Assembly (NCBI RefSeq): GCF_009834535.1
Contig: NC_045715.1
Location: 17,918,001-17,982,000 of the forward strand
Source of the DNA: Camelus ferus
Lineage: Eukaryota
Direction: 5' to 3'
Length of the DNA: 64,000 bases
A model generated the notes under the pieces. It had not been told where the DNA came from. It worked only from the letters and a program-made list of their open reading frames with translations, and ran no database searches. The position numbers and the translations under genes were made by a program. Positions 50,298 to 64,000 of this stretch are shown here, in pieces (the stretch's first letter is position 1; the number at the start of each line of letters is the position of its first letter).

Positions 50298-52343
50298 ATA
50301 TCACTATATAAAGCTAAGGAGAAAAGTAGATGAAAGGTAAGTTAGTAAATTAACTTTCCTAAACGAGTAAGCATTTAGAATTTTAAAGAAGCCTTAATGT
50401 GTTTCTAGAAATTGGTCTGCTTTTGAAGAAAGTCATAAATTGGTGGAAGCTTGAATATCCTCACGAAGTAGCTAAGTATTCTGTGACAGTCGAATTAAGT
50501 TAGTAACACCTAAATATAGTTTAACAGCAAAACTATAACGTGATCTCTGAACTCTGGAACACTACTTGGATGTTGAGAGTAAATGTCTCGCGTGTAATAG
50601 CCAGACACTTAGACGGCTAGTTTTAGGCTGCAAGCCTCTCGCCTTCCCTAATTCTGTAACCTCTAATCCTGTATGGGAGTTGGGTCCTCAGCTCCTGCTA
50701 ACTTTCAGTTACCTTTTGAGACTTATAAGGGGATTGAAAGGGGCTTCTGAAAAATTGATTGCCGGAGTTAACATGAGGTAGCGCATTACAGACTGAACCT
50801 AAACTCGAGTTGTGGCGTCTCCCTCGTTTACAAACAGATTTGGGGCTAATTTAAAACCTGGTACAGTTTTGTCACATGTAAACTGAGGGTAGGGTGATTA
50901 TATCTTTATAGATTTTTTTTGATAATTAAACCCCTTAAGATCCCTAGTCTAGATCAGCGCCTGACCTTCAACGAACTACGTGTAATTTCTATTAAGAGGT
51001 GCAAATGCCTAGGTTCCGAATGCAGACCCAAAAGGGGTAGAGTAGGGCAGCAGGCCTCCCCGAAACAGTTTACTAGGGATCTGGTATATTTGCTGCTCCA
51101 ACCCAAAAGTGTCGATCTGGGACTGTCCAAAAATCCTTAGATCCTGTTTTCCAGGGTTGTTTCATCAAGATTTTCTTCTGGATGACTCGGTTTGTAATGA
51201 GGCTGAGTGGGCCAAAGCTCGGGACCTCGGCGGCCTAGGGAGGCGCATTCTCAAAGACTTCTGGAGCTTCACTGAAGCCTTTTGCGTAGAATCCTTCGTT
51301 TGAAGCATTCAAATCCGAGTGTACGGGGAGAGAATCTAAATAGAAGCTGGTTCCCGCGGACGCGCCTTCCTCCTCCCAACGCTGGCACACATATCCCATA
51401 GGCTTGAGGCAGTCTCCCCGCTCTCGACTCCCTCCCACGCTACCTCCCCACCCCCCACCCCCACCCTCACTCGGGCCTTGAAACTACCATCCAAAGACCA
51501 GGCTAGTGTCTGGGTGTTTGAAGGCAAAGTGGTGGAAAAAGAAGTGAGCACCTTAATGGCCACACGTTAGAATCTCCTGAGTTTTTAACAGTAGTCAGCC
51601 TGAAAAATCACGGTTTGGCCTAACAGCATTTCAGGCAGGGGTCCACTGAGAGGACCGGGTTCTTTCTGCGCAGAATTTTTTTCTTGGAACTTGTTGGAGA
51701 ACTTGTTTCCTTAGATTGCAATTGCTTTATGTGGACCGTGGGACACTTTATTTATTGACTTTCCAAGTTGCCTTTGAACCCAGCTCTAACACTTACTAGG
51801 TGTGTGACCTTGGGCTAGGTGATCAACTTCTCCCTGTGTCAATTTCTTCTTACATACCTTTGCTTGTCTTGTGATGAAAAGAGTGGGCTCAGCAGTGTAG
51901 TTTCTGAAATTAGAACAAAGGGTGCTCAAGAGTAATGGCCAACACTTACTAAGCACTTACTGTGTATTAGGTACATTTTTACATGCTTCCAGCATATTAA
52001 TTTAACCCAGCAATCTTAGAGATGCGTACTATCCCTACCCCAATTTTAAAGATGAGGAAACAGAAAGAGAGCATAAACAACTTGTCTAAGTTCCAAGGTC
52101 AGGAAGCCCACTGGCTATTCTATAACCAACTGCTCCCTAAGAGATCACTGTCAGAAAAATGAAACGAGAAAAAAACTCAATGAGTTTAACTGTCCACATA
52201 CCAGAATGTCTCTGCTTGCATCCTAAACTTTGAAAATTTTAAGGGAAGGGGGAGAGATGATCTCCCTGGAATCTACAAAGAGGGAGGGAGGTAAATCTTG
52301 TCAGTGAGTTAGCTACACATTTTTGTGTTAACCAATACACTTT

Positions 52344-52590
52344 TTAAAATTGTTATTGAAGTATAGTCAGTTTACAGTGTGTCAATTTCTGGTGTACAGC
52401 ATAATATTTCCTACGTATACATACATATATTCATTTTCATATTCTTTTTCATTGTAGGTTACTACAAGATAGTGACTATAGTTCCCTGTGCTAACCAGTA
52501 TAAATTTGTTTATTTTATGTATAGTAGTTAGTATCTGCAAATCTTGAACTTCCAATTTATCCCTTCCCATCCCCTTTCCCTCCTGGTAAG
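52344..52590 (-). mobile_element. 5'-truncated LINE-1 3' end with 12-bp TSD
   Basis: TSD CCAATACACTTT at 52332-52343 and 52591-52602; body is an L1 3' UTR. Confidence 0.85.
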
Positions 52591-55500
52591 CCAATACACT
52601 TTAGATTTAGTGTGTGATAAGTGAAACGGGAGACGTGGGGAGATGGTTTGGTAAAGAGCTATGGGACTTGGTAAGGAAATTTATTGTGGTGAATGAAGAA
52701 AGGAGTAAGAGAAGACTTGAATTTGAATTTTCCTCTCTGGTCTCCAATAACAAAACTTTGATTATTTACGAGTGAAAGATATGTTGTGCTAATTGTGTTT
52801 GTTTCATCTTCAGCAAGACCTCCTTAAGGTCAAGGGCACCATCTTGTTAAATTGTTGATAGTCAGCATAGATTCTGGCCTACAATAAACATTTGATAATT
52901 GGACATTGAGTAAATGTTGAGCTGAGTCGGTTACTGGGCCATCAGGAAGCAGTTTGTTCTAGAGGGTCAGTTTATTACCAGGAGCTATTAATTATTCACT
53001 AGACTAACAGGCTGCTAATAACATCTCTCACTGGTATAAAAAAAAAAAAAAAAGAAAAAAGAAAAAGTCCCTTCTGAAAACCTAATATGCATCAGCAACT
53101 TATTTTGGGAACTTCAAAGAAACACATAAGGTGCCAATTGACCAAGAGATACTGCTGTTCCCCAAGCAAAGGACATTCCTGTGCTAATGTCCAGAGCTCT
53201 GGCCTACCTTCCTCTCTCCAACATAACATACTTCCTTGCCTCCTACTTTGAAATGTCATTGTTTATATCCAAAAGCCCTAGTTACCTTTTGGGAAAATTC
53301 TCTAGTGGGCAATAAACGCTCAGTAGCTTTAGTTGGTTTCCAGCCCTTGAGTAGGTCTCCATTTACCATGCCTCAAGGGTCCTGGAGAGAACCATTTAAA
53401 TTGGGACAAGTTGATGAGAATGGTAAACCCAGGCCTTCCAATTAACTGAAGGCACCAGGGACAAAAGTTCATCTTATTCACTGAGATGTGAGGCTGAGAC
53501 AGAATAATCATTCAACTATATAGGATATTCCGACAATGCAGATCAATTTGCTACAACATCACTGACTATAAAATTTCTTTAAAATTTCCAAATCTATGCA
53601 GCAATATCCTTTAATGCATCCATCATCCATTAACTTCCTATTTTTTAAATGTATCTTTTTTTTTTACAAATATGATACATTTTATAATCAGTTGTAAAAA
53701 TATATACCTATTTTAAGGTTAGAAGTAGGTTACATTCTAAGGGTTTGTCATTTCTTGATCCTAAATTATAATTATAACTTAATTATAAATATAAATACCC
53801 TGTTAAGTATAATGCATGTAGATTATTAGAAGATGTTAGGAATTTAATGAAGGATTCTCCATACATACTAAAATTGAGAATAAGTATTCATATGTACCCC
53901 AGAATTCTTCCTTCTCTATTTTACTTAAAATACCTTGATAATGTGCCAAACTGAGTTTAGCATCATCAGAAGATCTACCAAAAGGCAGCTATAGTCTATA
54001 TTTACACCCAGAAAACGGTATCATTAGTAAATAGACAAACCTATGGGAAAAACTAAGTAAGTTTAAGTGTTATAACACCAAAAGAACTTGGAACATGACA
54101 TGTATACTTTAAAATAAAGTGAATTCTCAGACATGGAATTAATGTAGTCATATTGAAAAAAAATCAGACCTTCATTGGACTTAATTACATTACAGTTGTT
54201 TAAGTTGTATTTCGGGCAGGGTGATAGAACCAACACCTCTTAAGACTTAGGACTTACGCTCATTACTTATAGTTGAGGTTCCTTCTGAAAGAAGCAATTG
54301 TGCCAAGCCTCAGGGTCTTTGTTGCATGTTACTTGTCTGCCAGTTGGAGCTTAAACCTTAACCATATTCCTCACTCTCAGAGAACCAGGCAGCAGCAGGT
54401 AAGAATGTCCATCCTTTCCTGTATTCAGTTACAGCCAGAGCCGAAAGTACAGGGCTTGACTTTCTGCCATGACAAATTATCTTGCATTAAAAAGCTATCT
54501 TAAAATGGTCAGGCTATCATTTGCTTTAAATCTTAGGACCTTGGAGCTTGGTACTAGCCCCTGTTTACTCTGTCTCCTTGAAGATTTTACCAGTACGATA
54601 GTTTCAAAGGCTATCAGTATGCAGCAAACTAATTTTATATCACCAGCCCTGATGTCTTCCCTGAAATGCACATGTGTGCATACAAATTTCTACCTGACAC
54701 CTTCACTTGGAACCCTAACAGACCTCAAAACCTAAATACATTAAAGACACAAGACTTAACATTATGCTCCCTAAGCCTGTTATCCCTCCAATCTTCTGCA
54801 ATTCAGTAAATGACATTACCATAAATCCATTTACTCAAGTCAAAATTCTAGAGTGAGCCTTGCTGCCTTTCCTTCATCTCCACAGATCCAAAAATATCTG
54901 TAAATCATGTCACATACACCTTTACCACATAATTTATTCACTGTGCTCCTTACCAAGACCAGAGGGGCCGTCTATGGCCGTCTTTGACCTCTGCCCACCT
55001 CCCCATCTCCATCATCTCTCTGTCCAGCTACCCAGGACTCTCTTCCCACTGCCAAGCACTTTGCTGCTTCAATACATTTGCACTGTTGGTCTCTTTCTCT
55101 GCAGGGCCTGTCCTCTGACTTCTCTTCCGGCGAGCTGCCTCTCAGCTCTTCAGGCCTGTCTGAAATAGACCTACCCAGATGGATTAAAGATCTAAATACA
55201 AAATACAAATACTCAATGAAATTTTAGGGAACAGTTTGTATAACCTCAATTTTGTATGTGTGTGTTTTGAGGGAGAGTTGTCATTATTAAGCAAGACAGG
55301 AAACACAAGTGCCATATAGGAAGGGACACAGACCACAAAGGCCAAAAATAAATTTAAGATGAAATACAGCACAGAGAGTAGAAAATAAGCAGGAAACTGG
55401 GATAAAGGATTTGCTAAACATTATACATCAAAGGTTAATGGTCTTAATTTACAAGGAAGACCTGCAAACTGCTAGGAAAAAAAATTAGAAAAAATACTTA

Positions 55501-56962
55501 TCAGAATATTTTCTGTTTCATTAAATTCCAATAGACAATACATATGAGAAAAAAACAAAGCAAAAAATGTACAACTATTCACCTTCCTACAAGTTAGATT
55601 ATGCATATTACAGCAACAGTGGAATAGCACTTCTCACTATGGATAGATAATCACTAAACCAGTATTACCTAGGATGCTAAGGATGAGGAATGATTGCCAC
55701 AGCTATATAATCTTTTGAGAAAATTTCCTGGCAACATATATTCAAACTGATCCATAGACACTTGACCTTTTGCAAAACAAAATAGTATTAGATTAATTAA
55801 GTAAATCAAGAAGAAAAAAATAGAAAGTAGAGAAGAGAGGGTATCGACCGTCTAGAAATAAAAACCCCACTATGTGAGGTTATATGAGGAGAGATTGTTA
55901 ACCTGTATAAGCAGTTGTGTGTAAAGTGTTAAAATCAGTGTGTATTAAGTTTGTAACTTAAAGTATAAAAAGTACCCTCCCTCTGTACACTTCTCACTCC
56001 AAGTTACTTTCTATCAATCATCCTGCTTAGATTCTTGAAAATACAGTCTTAAGATTTTTATCAGATCCCTTGTTTGCCTGTCCCCATTGTACTCTGCTCC
56101 ATGAAGTGTGGGATCTGCTCTGTCTACTCCATGTGACATCTCAGCATCTATGAGAGGGCCTGGCACTCAACATTCTGGGGACTGAACCAGGGACTGTATC
56201 TTGTAGCCCAGAAAGCCCTCTCAGAGCCCAGGAAGCACATGATTATCTGAATTTCTGTATAAAAATGTTTGCTCACTAACCATTGTTACTACATTGACTA
56301 CTGCCCTACACAGCTCCCCAAATGGCAGTGAAATTTGAAGTACTGTGTACTCAATTTTTTTTTTCACACTCTACCTTTTGCCAGATTTTTGAACTGACCC
56401 CTCCAGACTTAAATGTTTCATGATAACCCTCAGTGGCCCAGGAATACCTAATTCCTTTAAGGGCCTATTCTCTGCTGGCTGATACCATGCAGAAAAGAAT
56501 CCTCTTTAATACCCTCTGAGTTTGTGGTTATTAAATGTTTGCTTAGAATCAAGGAAAGAGAAGGGTCACACGACTGGTGTGTGTGACCAAATCAATGCTG
56601 TTGCATCCACTTACAATGTCTGTTCTGCACATAAGGGCACCTTGGTGGCTTTTACATTCTAATGTTGGGGTTATCCAGTAAACAAGACCATCTACAGGGT
56701 GAGTATGTCAAAAAAATTTGATCATTCATCTCCATACCCTGGCACATCACAGCCTTTCCATATAATAGATCTTCAGTAAGTATTTGGAATGAATACACAG
56801 AATTAATTTGTTGACAACAAAAGTTGTATCTGCACAGAAATGGAATAATCACTAAGCTGCAGGGACTTGGGAGTTTATTACTGAGTTACAGACCATTTTA
56901 GCCACCACTTGGTTTCAAATTCCAGTTGCTAAATTTGGAGGGAGATACTTAACTGGTTCTTG

Positions 56963-57150
56963 AGCTGCTGTCCAATATAGTAGCCACCAGCTGTATATGA
57001 CTTTAAATTTAAATGAAATAACATGAAAAATTCAGATCTTCAGGTGCACTAACCACATTTCAAGTTGCTGATGGCTTCTGTACTGGGCAGCAAAGAGAAA
57101 ATGCTTGTCAATGCAGAAGTTTGTGTTGGTAGCACCGGGCTAGGTGGTAC
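56963..57150. mobile_element. MER3-like hAT relic
   Basis: GCTGTCCAATATAGTAGCCACCAGC..CACTAACCACATTTCAAGT. Confidence 0.6.
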
Positions 57151-57212
57151 TTGCCCCTCTGGGCAAACATTCAAATGCACTTACCCAGGCTCCTCCAGGT
57201 GGCATCTGAAGA

Positions 57213-57404
57213 TATACTTGCCAGACATGATATGGGATGTTCAATTAAATTTGAATTTCAGATAAGCAACAAATAATTGTTTTAGTATAAGTATGCCTCC
57301 AAATATTATACAAGACATAGTATACTGAAACAAAAATGTTTTTATCTGAAATTCACATTTAACTAGGCACCTTGTATTTTTATTTGCCAAATCTGGCAAC
57401 CCTA
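57213..57404. mobile_element. MER53-like palindromic MITE
   Basis: TTAAATTTGAATTTCAGATAA ... TTATCTGAAATTCACATTTAA forms an inverted repeat; ends ATCTGGCAACCCTA. Confidence 0.7.
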
Positions 57405-58369
57405 TCTGAAGAGCAAAATTAGAGCATCTTCCCCAGGAGGCTGGGTCCTCTTACCACGGGGAGTTTTTATGTGAGGAATTGAGAAGCGCTGATACCCCAA
57501 AAGGAGCAAAGTCATTGAAGGAAAAAGGTTTAGTGAATTTTTCTGCAGGTGTTGAAGACTGAGAAAGAAGTTCCCAAATACATTTACTTTCGTTTCTTCT
57601 CTCCTCTTAGGTTTCAAAAGCTTCCCGCTACAAAGAGATGCCTGTCATACTCATCAATTCTCAGAAATAAATGGATAGATGGCATCAATGTTCTGACGTC
57701 ACTGATTGATTCTGCACCTGCAAATTTTTGTCCTATTAAAAACTTAACCTGGATTTCTTTCTTTGTGTACTGTGTACCTTGAAGATAAGGAGAGTAAAGG
57801 AGGAAGTAGTGGGAAGTATTTCTGCAGAGAAACTCTCTTTAGTACAAAATGTGTCTAATTTCTTGAATGAGTAATACGTTTAGAAGATTCAAACAAATAA
57901 AAATAACAAGGTATATATTTATAATCCACTCCTTGACTGGATTACTCTGCTGTTCCCTAGGTAACATTATTTTCCTTGTGTATCTGCCCATTGTTAATTC
58001 ATGCTGATGTGAGTCAAGAATGAATGTGTTTTCTCTCCCCCACCCTTAGCTTTTATTCTTAAGATAGCAGACGGTATAAACGTGCTCTTTTCTATAATGA
58101 TATATCTTGGAGAACTTTCCAGCTGTGAACACAGGGGCCTTCCTGTACACCGTCTCATGGTATTGTGCTGTGTGGATGCATCACAGTTTATGTAACTTGT
58201 CCCCTCTTGGTAGGCACATGAAACAATTCTGGAATAACAAACGCTGATGTACACCAAAATGGAAATTGTTCTAATTTTCTGCTGGGATAGTGGAAAGTGA
58301 ACAGAAATGCAGGTCACTCATGGATTGGACTCAAGGTTCCTTCCCTTAAAAACTATGGCATTACCCAAA

Positions 58370-61300
58370 ATAAGTCATTTTGAACCTCGGGTTCTTCATC
58401 TATAAGATGGAGGTAATATGGTACCTTAAGTAATTATGAGAATGAAAAAATTGGAGCTTTGAAGACTAGCACAAATAAAATAATTTAATTTTCAACACCA
58501 TTTCTTTTGTGTTGTAAATAGCATATTGTAATAGGAGCAGGCTCCCCAGATTCCAGCCTGGCAAGATGAAATGAAAGATGGTAGAAAGAGGAAGGTGGTT
58601 TTCATTAATTACTTGGTGAAATGGCAATTTCCTCTCATAGTAAGAAGCCACCGCCTCTCAATCTGCCTGCATCTTTGCCCCTCTGCAGTCAAGGTCAGGG
58701 TTTGAAAATGTCTCTGCTACTCTTAAACCTGTGTATTGGGGGCTGGAGGCCTGGGTGGTCCACTGCTGTGTTGCCTGCTCTAAGCTGGTGTCTGACATTG
58801 CCTGGCATGTACTAGTCATTCTAAAAATATCTGATGAATTCATAAGGCTGGGTTGTCAGAAGGACACATCCAACTTAGTCTTAAAAATGCCTATAAAAAT
58901 AAGTCTACTCATAGTGGCTTGTGTGTATGCGCACACACATATACACATAGCACAGACATGCAGTGAGATGTCCTGGAAAGATGGGAATCTGGGTTTGTGT
59001 TCCAGCTTTGCCGTTTACAAACTGTCTGACTTGGGGTGAATCACCTGCCATCCCTGCAAATCAGGCTTTTCATCTGTCAAATGGGATAATCACACCTCCC
59101 AGAGTTTTGAAAACTAATCATCGGAGATAGTGCATGAAAAAGCACTTTATTACTTGTCAAACCTAATATAAACATGTACAAGATTATATAAAGATAGAGA
59201 AAATATCTATCCTTTACTGATCTATCTCCACATGTGGAAAGCAGGAGAGGATGTTGGGATTTCTACCTTAGGATTTGCCGGCATCTACCTGGAGACACTG
59301 AAGTGATTTTGACTATGCTAAGCCAGAGCGCTACATGCTTCTGGTGGCAACTCCCCCAGGGTAGGAGGAAGCTTCTGGAGGAGTGAGGCTGGCAGACACG
59401 TGATATTCAAATAGCAGTGGATGCACCCACTCACCTGCCACCAGGTCTCCTCCAGGTACAGAAGCAGCAGCCCCAGTGGGCTGGGTGGGTGTTTCAAACA
59501 CAGCTGAGCCACCTCTCCAAGAGCAGAAACTCCTAAGACAGGGATGCTCCAAACTGTGTCTACTCTGGTTGGGTTCAATATGACTCCCTAGATATGGAGA
59601 ATCACCCCTACCGGGTACCTGAGTAATGACAGTGAAGAAAAGAAAAATGTGGAAGGTCATTAAAGAAAAGGGCCCTAGATACACTGGCCCCGTGGTGGGA
59701 AAGAATAAATGAAGGGGAGAGCACAGAAGGAAACTTCTATTTCCTTTAGCTCAGTCCCTCCAGGCTGTGGATGAAGAGACTGGGGCCCTGAATCACTGGT
59801 CTTTGCAAAGGCACGAAACAGATAGGTGCTTTGTACATGTCCACACACTGGGCTATATTTCTGCCCTTGCCACCTTCATCCTCTTAGGCATTCAGTGAAA
59901 AATCTCCATGTCACTTTGAATCCCTCCTGCCTTTGTTCCTACTCTGGGCTCAGTGTAACATGGGTAGCCTGGAACTGGCCACGGTGGGAGTATTTGCACC
60001 ACAAGAATTAGCAAACACTGCAGATCGGGATTTGGGGGTGGGGGGTTTCCTGGAGAACCAGTTATTAAACTTATTTACCAACACACCACTGCCTTAAACA
60101 TTCTTTGTTCCTGCCAGGTAAGGCTTCTCTCTGACCTCTCATATCTGTCTCTGTTTCTCTGTATCTGGTCTGATTTAATTCCCACACTCTGATGATCTGC
60201 ATCCACTGTGATCCATTCCCATCTGCTGCATTCCTGTACCAACTTTCCAAATTTTATGAGGAAGTCTGGAACACACATCTCACCGATTCTCACCTGCCTC
60301 ACCCCTCACTTACTCCAGGCTTTGGTTCAAATGTCACCTTCTCAGTGAGACCCTCCCTGACCTTTCTTCCACTCCCAGAGCCAGAGATGCCTTCTGGGAG
60401 GGCGAATATGGTCTGGCAGATGGTGATACCGAGAGGGTGGTCTGTCAGTACAGCATGGTGAGCAATGCCATGAGCAAAGGCACTGCTGGGACACAAGTGG
60501 CTGTTTAACCAGTGACTCCAGGGACTTCCTCTGGGTTGCCTGGCAATGAACTGGGAACGATGGCTGCTTCTCTCCCTGTGGGAGGATCAGCAAATGTTCC
60601 CAGGTGCTGGGAGGCTGGCGCTCCCAGCTGACACCCACACAGAAAATGTTTCCTCTCCTCATTCAAGTCTGGTGTCATGCTTTTCTCTATGGAAAGGAAC
60701 AGCACGGGCACTGGGTCCCCTTTTGGAGCACAGCCCCTCTGTGCATCAGGCTGTTCCCTTCCCTGACACATGACCCAGGGCGGCAGGAGAGCAGGCACCA
60801 CACATCTGCTGACTTCTGCCCACACGTTCCAGCAGGCACAAGTGACACTGTGCCTGCCGATGAGATAGACACTAGTCCAAAGTAGGAAGACATATTAGCC
60901 GGTGTTAAATGACCTCTGGAGGTGGTCCTCTGTGTAGAGGAGTGGAAATAAGCTTTTATTAAGGGGTTGAAATGGAACGTTTTAATCATGATTTTAATTA
61001 CCTTGTGTCTCATCTTCTCAAATGCTCTTCATGAAAATTACAAACCAACACCTCTTTCTGAAATTTTTCGTTTAGCCCCTTGTATGCCCCCTTTCTTTTG
61101 TCCATTCTTTTCCCACTAGCTCTCTTTCCTCTCCAATTAGCATCAACTTTTTTTTCGAGCAGCACTTAAAAAAAGATCTTTCTTGTTTTCCTGCTAGTGG
61201 TCAGTGTTGAATACGTGGGGACCCTATCCCAACTGCACTCCGTGGATGCCCCAGTGGTACCCAGTCACTGGGACTACCAGCTCAGCTCAGGTTTCCGGGG

Positions 61301-62340
61301 CCTGCATCCGGATCGTGGAGCCGCACTTGCAGAGCAGTCCTCTGGCTCCATCAGTAGGACCCACACTGCTCAGCTCTCCCCTGTGACTCAGCAGTCACAC
61401 CTGAGAATCAGACAAGTCTTCCTTGTTGCCCAAATTCACTGCTATCCAAGCTAGAGTTGGATTGGGAGGAATGCAGTTCTGAACTCATTTCATTAATTAG
61501 ATTATAACGCTCACTCTGTGCCAAGCACTAACTTATTTTATTTAAACTTCATAATAAGTGGATGAGGTAGGTGCTGTTACTATTCCGTTTTGTAGATTGG
61601 GAGACCAAGGCACAGAGAGATTAAGTAATTTTCCCAGGACATATACCTCATAAAATGGACAGATGGGGAAGGTGTGCAGATGAGAATAAGGCACAGGGAA
61701 TTAGCTTGGTACTGTTACTGGGAAGGTAAAGGAGATAATACGTAAAGACCTCAGAAGAGCACAAACCCACAGGGAACCCTTGGTAAATGCTTGTTGCTAT
61801 TTGCTACTGTTATTATCATAAGGGTAATGATTTAATTATACAATGAAACCAATGTCCTAGTAGTCCAAGGAGCTAACAATTGTCTCTTTGGTGGTTCTGT
61901 TTGATTTGATTTGGTTATTTGTTACTCTTAATTTCATGTTCTTTGTAATTTAGTCTTTAAGTAAGAAGCACCAGATATAAGGCCCTGCTCTTTTTTAGTT
62001 TTAGGTGAGTTATGATATTCTGAGAGAGAGCAGTGGGAATGCAATTTTAAGAAAATAAGAAGGCAGTTGATTTTAAACAATTTACTCTTTTTATTTGTAC
62101 CCAACACAAATGAAGTGACAGCAACCTTGAAGACAGATTGTTGTGAATTCTGAGACAGTGTGAGATATGAAAATAAAACCACAGGTTTGACTGTCCATCA
62201 GACCCTATCTTGCAACACAATGCGATCTTGAACAAATTATTTTCCCTTTTCGTCCTCAGTTTCCTTGTCTGGAAAATGGAACCAATGATGATCACCCACC
62301 TCAGAGGATGGAGGTGAAGATTAAGTGGGGATAATGTCTT
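58370..62340. mobile_element. Scattered MIR and L2 relics (others occur near 6.7, 7.6, 18.3, 18.8, 25.2, 30.5, 33.1, 41.6, 43, 52 and 55 kb)
   Basis: MIR core motifs such as TTTTCATCTGTCAAATGGGATAAT, CCAAGGCACAGAGAGATTAAGTAA and CCTCAGTTTCCTTGTCTGGAAAATGG. Boundaries not resolved. Confidence 0.5.
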
Positions 62341-62424
62341 GGCACATACTACACACTGAAAACCATGTCCTCTCTTCCCTCTGTTTGCGCTTATATATGT
62401 CCTCGGTTTATCTCTGGAGGTATT

Positions 62425-62579
62425 TGTTATCTATTTCTGCATCACAAATTATCCCAAAACTTAGTAGCTTCAGGATCTAAGCTCAGCCAAGCTGGGATCT
62501 CTGGATTTCTCACAAGGCTACATTTAAGATGTGATCAGGTATAGCACAGGGAAATATATACAAGATCTTGTGGTAGCTC

Positions 62580-62618
<39 letters not shown>

Positions 62619-63115
62619 GACAATGAATATATGTATGTTCATGTATAACTGAAAAATTCTGCTCTACACTGGAATTTGACACAACATTGTAAAATGACTA
62701 TAACTCAATAAAAAAATGTTAGAAAAAAAAGATGTGATCAGGACTGCAGTCACCTCAAAGCTCATTGTGGGTTCAATCCACTTCCAAACCCATGCATGTG
62801 GTTGTTGGTAGGACTCAGTTCCTCAAGGGCTATTAAACTGAAGTCCTCAAGTCCTTGATGGTTGTTTCTTGTCATGTGGGCAGCTCATTATGGCAGCTGG
62901 CCTTCTTATGAAGGAATGAGCAAGTGAGAGGCTAAAAGCAGGGGCCCAAGACAGAAGCCTCAACCTTGCATAAACAAATCTCAGAAGTAACACACCATAG
63001 CTTTTGACATATTCTATTTGTAAAAAGCAAGTCACCAGGTGCAGCACACACTCAAGAAAAGGGGACAACGCAGGGGTATGAACCCTGAAAGGCAGGGGTC
63101 ATTGGGGTTATGTTA
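62425..63115 (-). mobile_element. MLT1-type LTR interrupted by an L1 insertion
   Basis: CAAATTATCCCAAAACTTAGTAGCTT ... ATTCTATTTGTAAAAAGCAAGTCAC..CACACTCAAG, continuous across the insertion. Confidence 0.65.
62540..62728 (+). mobile_element. 5'-truncated LINE-1 3' end with 14-bp TSD
   Basis: TSD AAGATGTGATCAGG at 62526-62539 and 62729-62742; homologous to the 52344 copy; internal A32 at 62585-62616. Confidence 0.85.
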
Positions 63116-63309
63116 ATAGATATATCCTTCACACTGGATATATCACAAACTGATTAAAGCCAGGTGAAACTGTCTTCTTGATCCAGTGTCTTTAAATATG
63201 GAAGTATACCTCTGGTTGAGTGCAGGTACAAGGTCTCATTCTCAGGCATCACCTTTGCAGAAATATTTCTTTGAATTTCTGATTGCTTCTGTCATTTGCC
63301 TCACTGAAG

Positions 63310-63772
63310 CTGCTGTATCACTGGAAACTACATTTCCCAGGCTCTCTTGCTCTCTGGCTTCCAGTAGATTTGACCAATGGGAGTCACTGGTGGAACATGT
63401 TGGTGAGACCCGTTCCTACTTTGCTTCCTGGGGTTTCTCCAGCCTGATTGATACTTTTTGGCTCCAATCCCATGGCTAGCTCATCTCCTGGTGTTCTCAG
63501 CTCCTGTCTTAGCAGCCGGTCCAGCTTCATGGGGGGGAGGGGGGCTGTGTCCCCTAGATGATAATAGAACCTCTTTTTCCCTTTGTCCCTCTAGCCCTTG
63601 GAGAACTTCTTGTTAAGTGTCCCTCAACTTCTTGCAGCTGCTTATCTTTGGTTACTCCTCATCTTTCTTTTGTTTTCTTAACTCTCTCATTATCTATTTA
63701 TCTAATTACCTCTGTTAAATTCCTTCTATACAAAGGCCCTGGAACAGTTTTTAACTGGACTGTACTAATACA
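63310..63772 (+). mobile_element. ERVL/MaLR-class LTR relic (LTR16/LTR33-like)
   Basis: CTACATTTCCCAGGCTCTCTTGC..TTTGACCAATGGGAG; ends TACTAATACA. Confidence 0.5.
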
Positions 63773-64000
63773 CTGACAAATGGTGGGACTGAACCCAGCT
63801 GAAACATAGGTCTTTCCTGAGCAAGTCACTTACAGAGTAGTATTTGCAGCATTTTCTAAAACGTTTGCAGTGCTAAATATCTGCCCTGGTCCTCATGCTG
63901 CTGGAAGTCCAGAGGGTGGTTGCTTCATCAGGATAGAGCTTCACCACTCTGGGCTCAAGTATCCTGTTCTATAAAGTGGAAGGCTTTGTGATATCTGTGG

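Overview
Mammalian DNA covering part of histone gene cluster 1 (HIST1) and the embedded HFE gene. The gene order matches what I recall for human chr6p22: H2BC3(-), H2A pseudogene(+), H3C3(+), H1-2(-), HFE(+), H4C3(+), H1-6/H1t(-), H2BC4(-), H2AC6(+). Paralog symbols rest on synteny plus diagnostic residues. The species is probably a camelid: there is a vic-1-like tRNA-derived SINE, and I saw no Alu, Bov-A/Bov-tA or PRE1 elements. All histone loci, including the pseudogene, carry the 16-nt 3' stem-loop. The H3, H4 and second H2B CDSs are partly N-masked, and the gap lengths exactly preserve canonical CDS length. The six HFE coding exons were reconstructed from GT/AG boundaries, giving 355 aa with the upstream exon-3 acceptor or 347 aa with the downstream one. 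Intergenic DNA is mostly old L1, L2, MIR, MER and LTR repeats; family names come from memory of consensus sequences, not a database search. I cannot support a wholly new biological system here. The best leads are regulatory: (1) convergent CTCF motifs bracketing HFE; (2) an orphan H3-type promoter with possible decayed H3 remnant, antisense within the H1-2 3' extension; (3) a 14-15 bp alternative hairpin that could mask both the stem-loop and the HDE of H1t; (4) tandem in-frame acceptors at HFE exon 3; (5) poly(A) or splice escape signals behind H1-2, H2BC4 and H2AC6.
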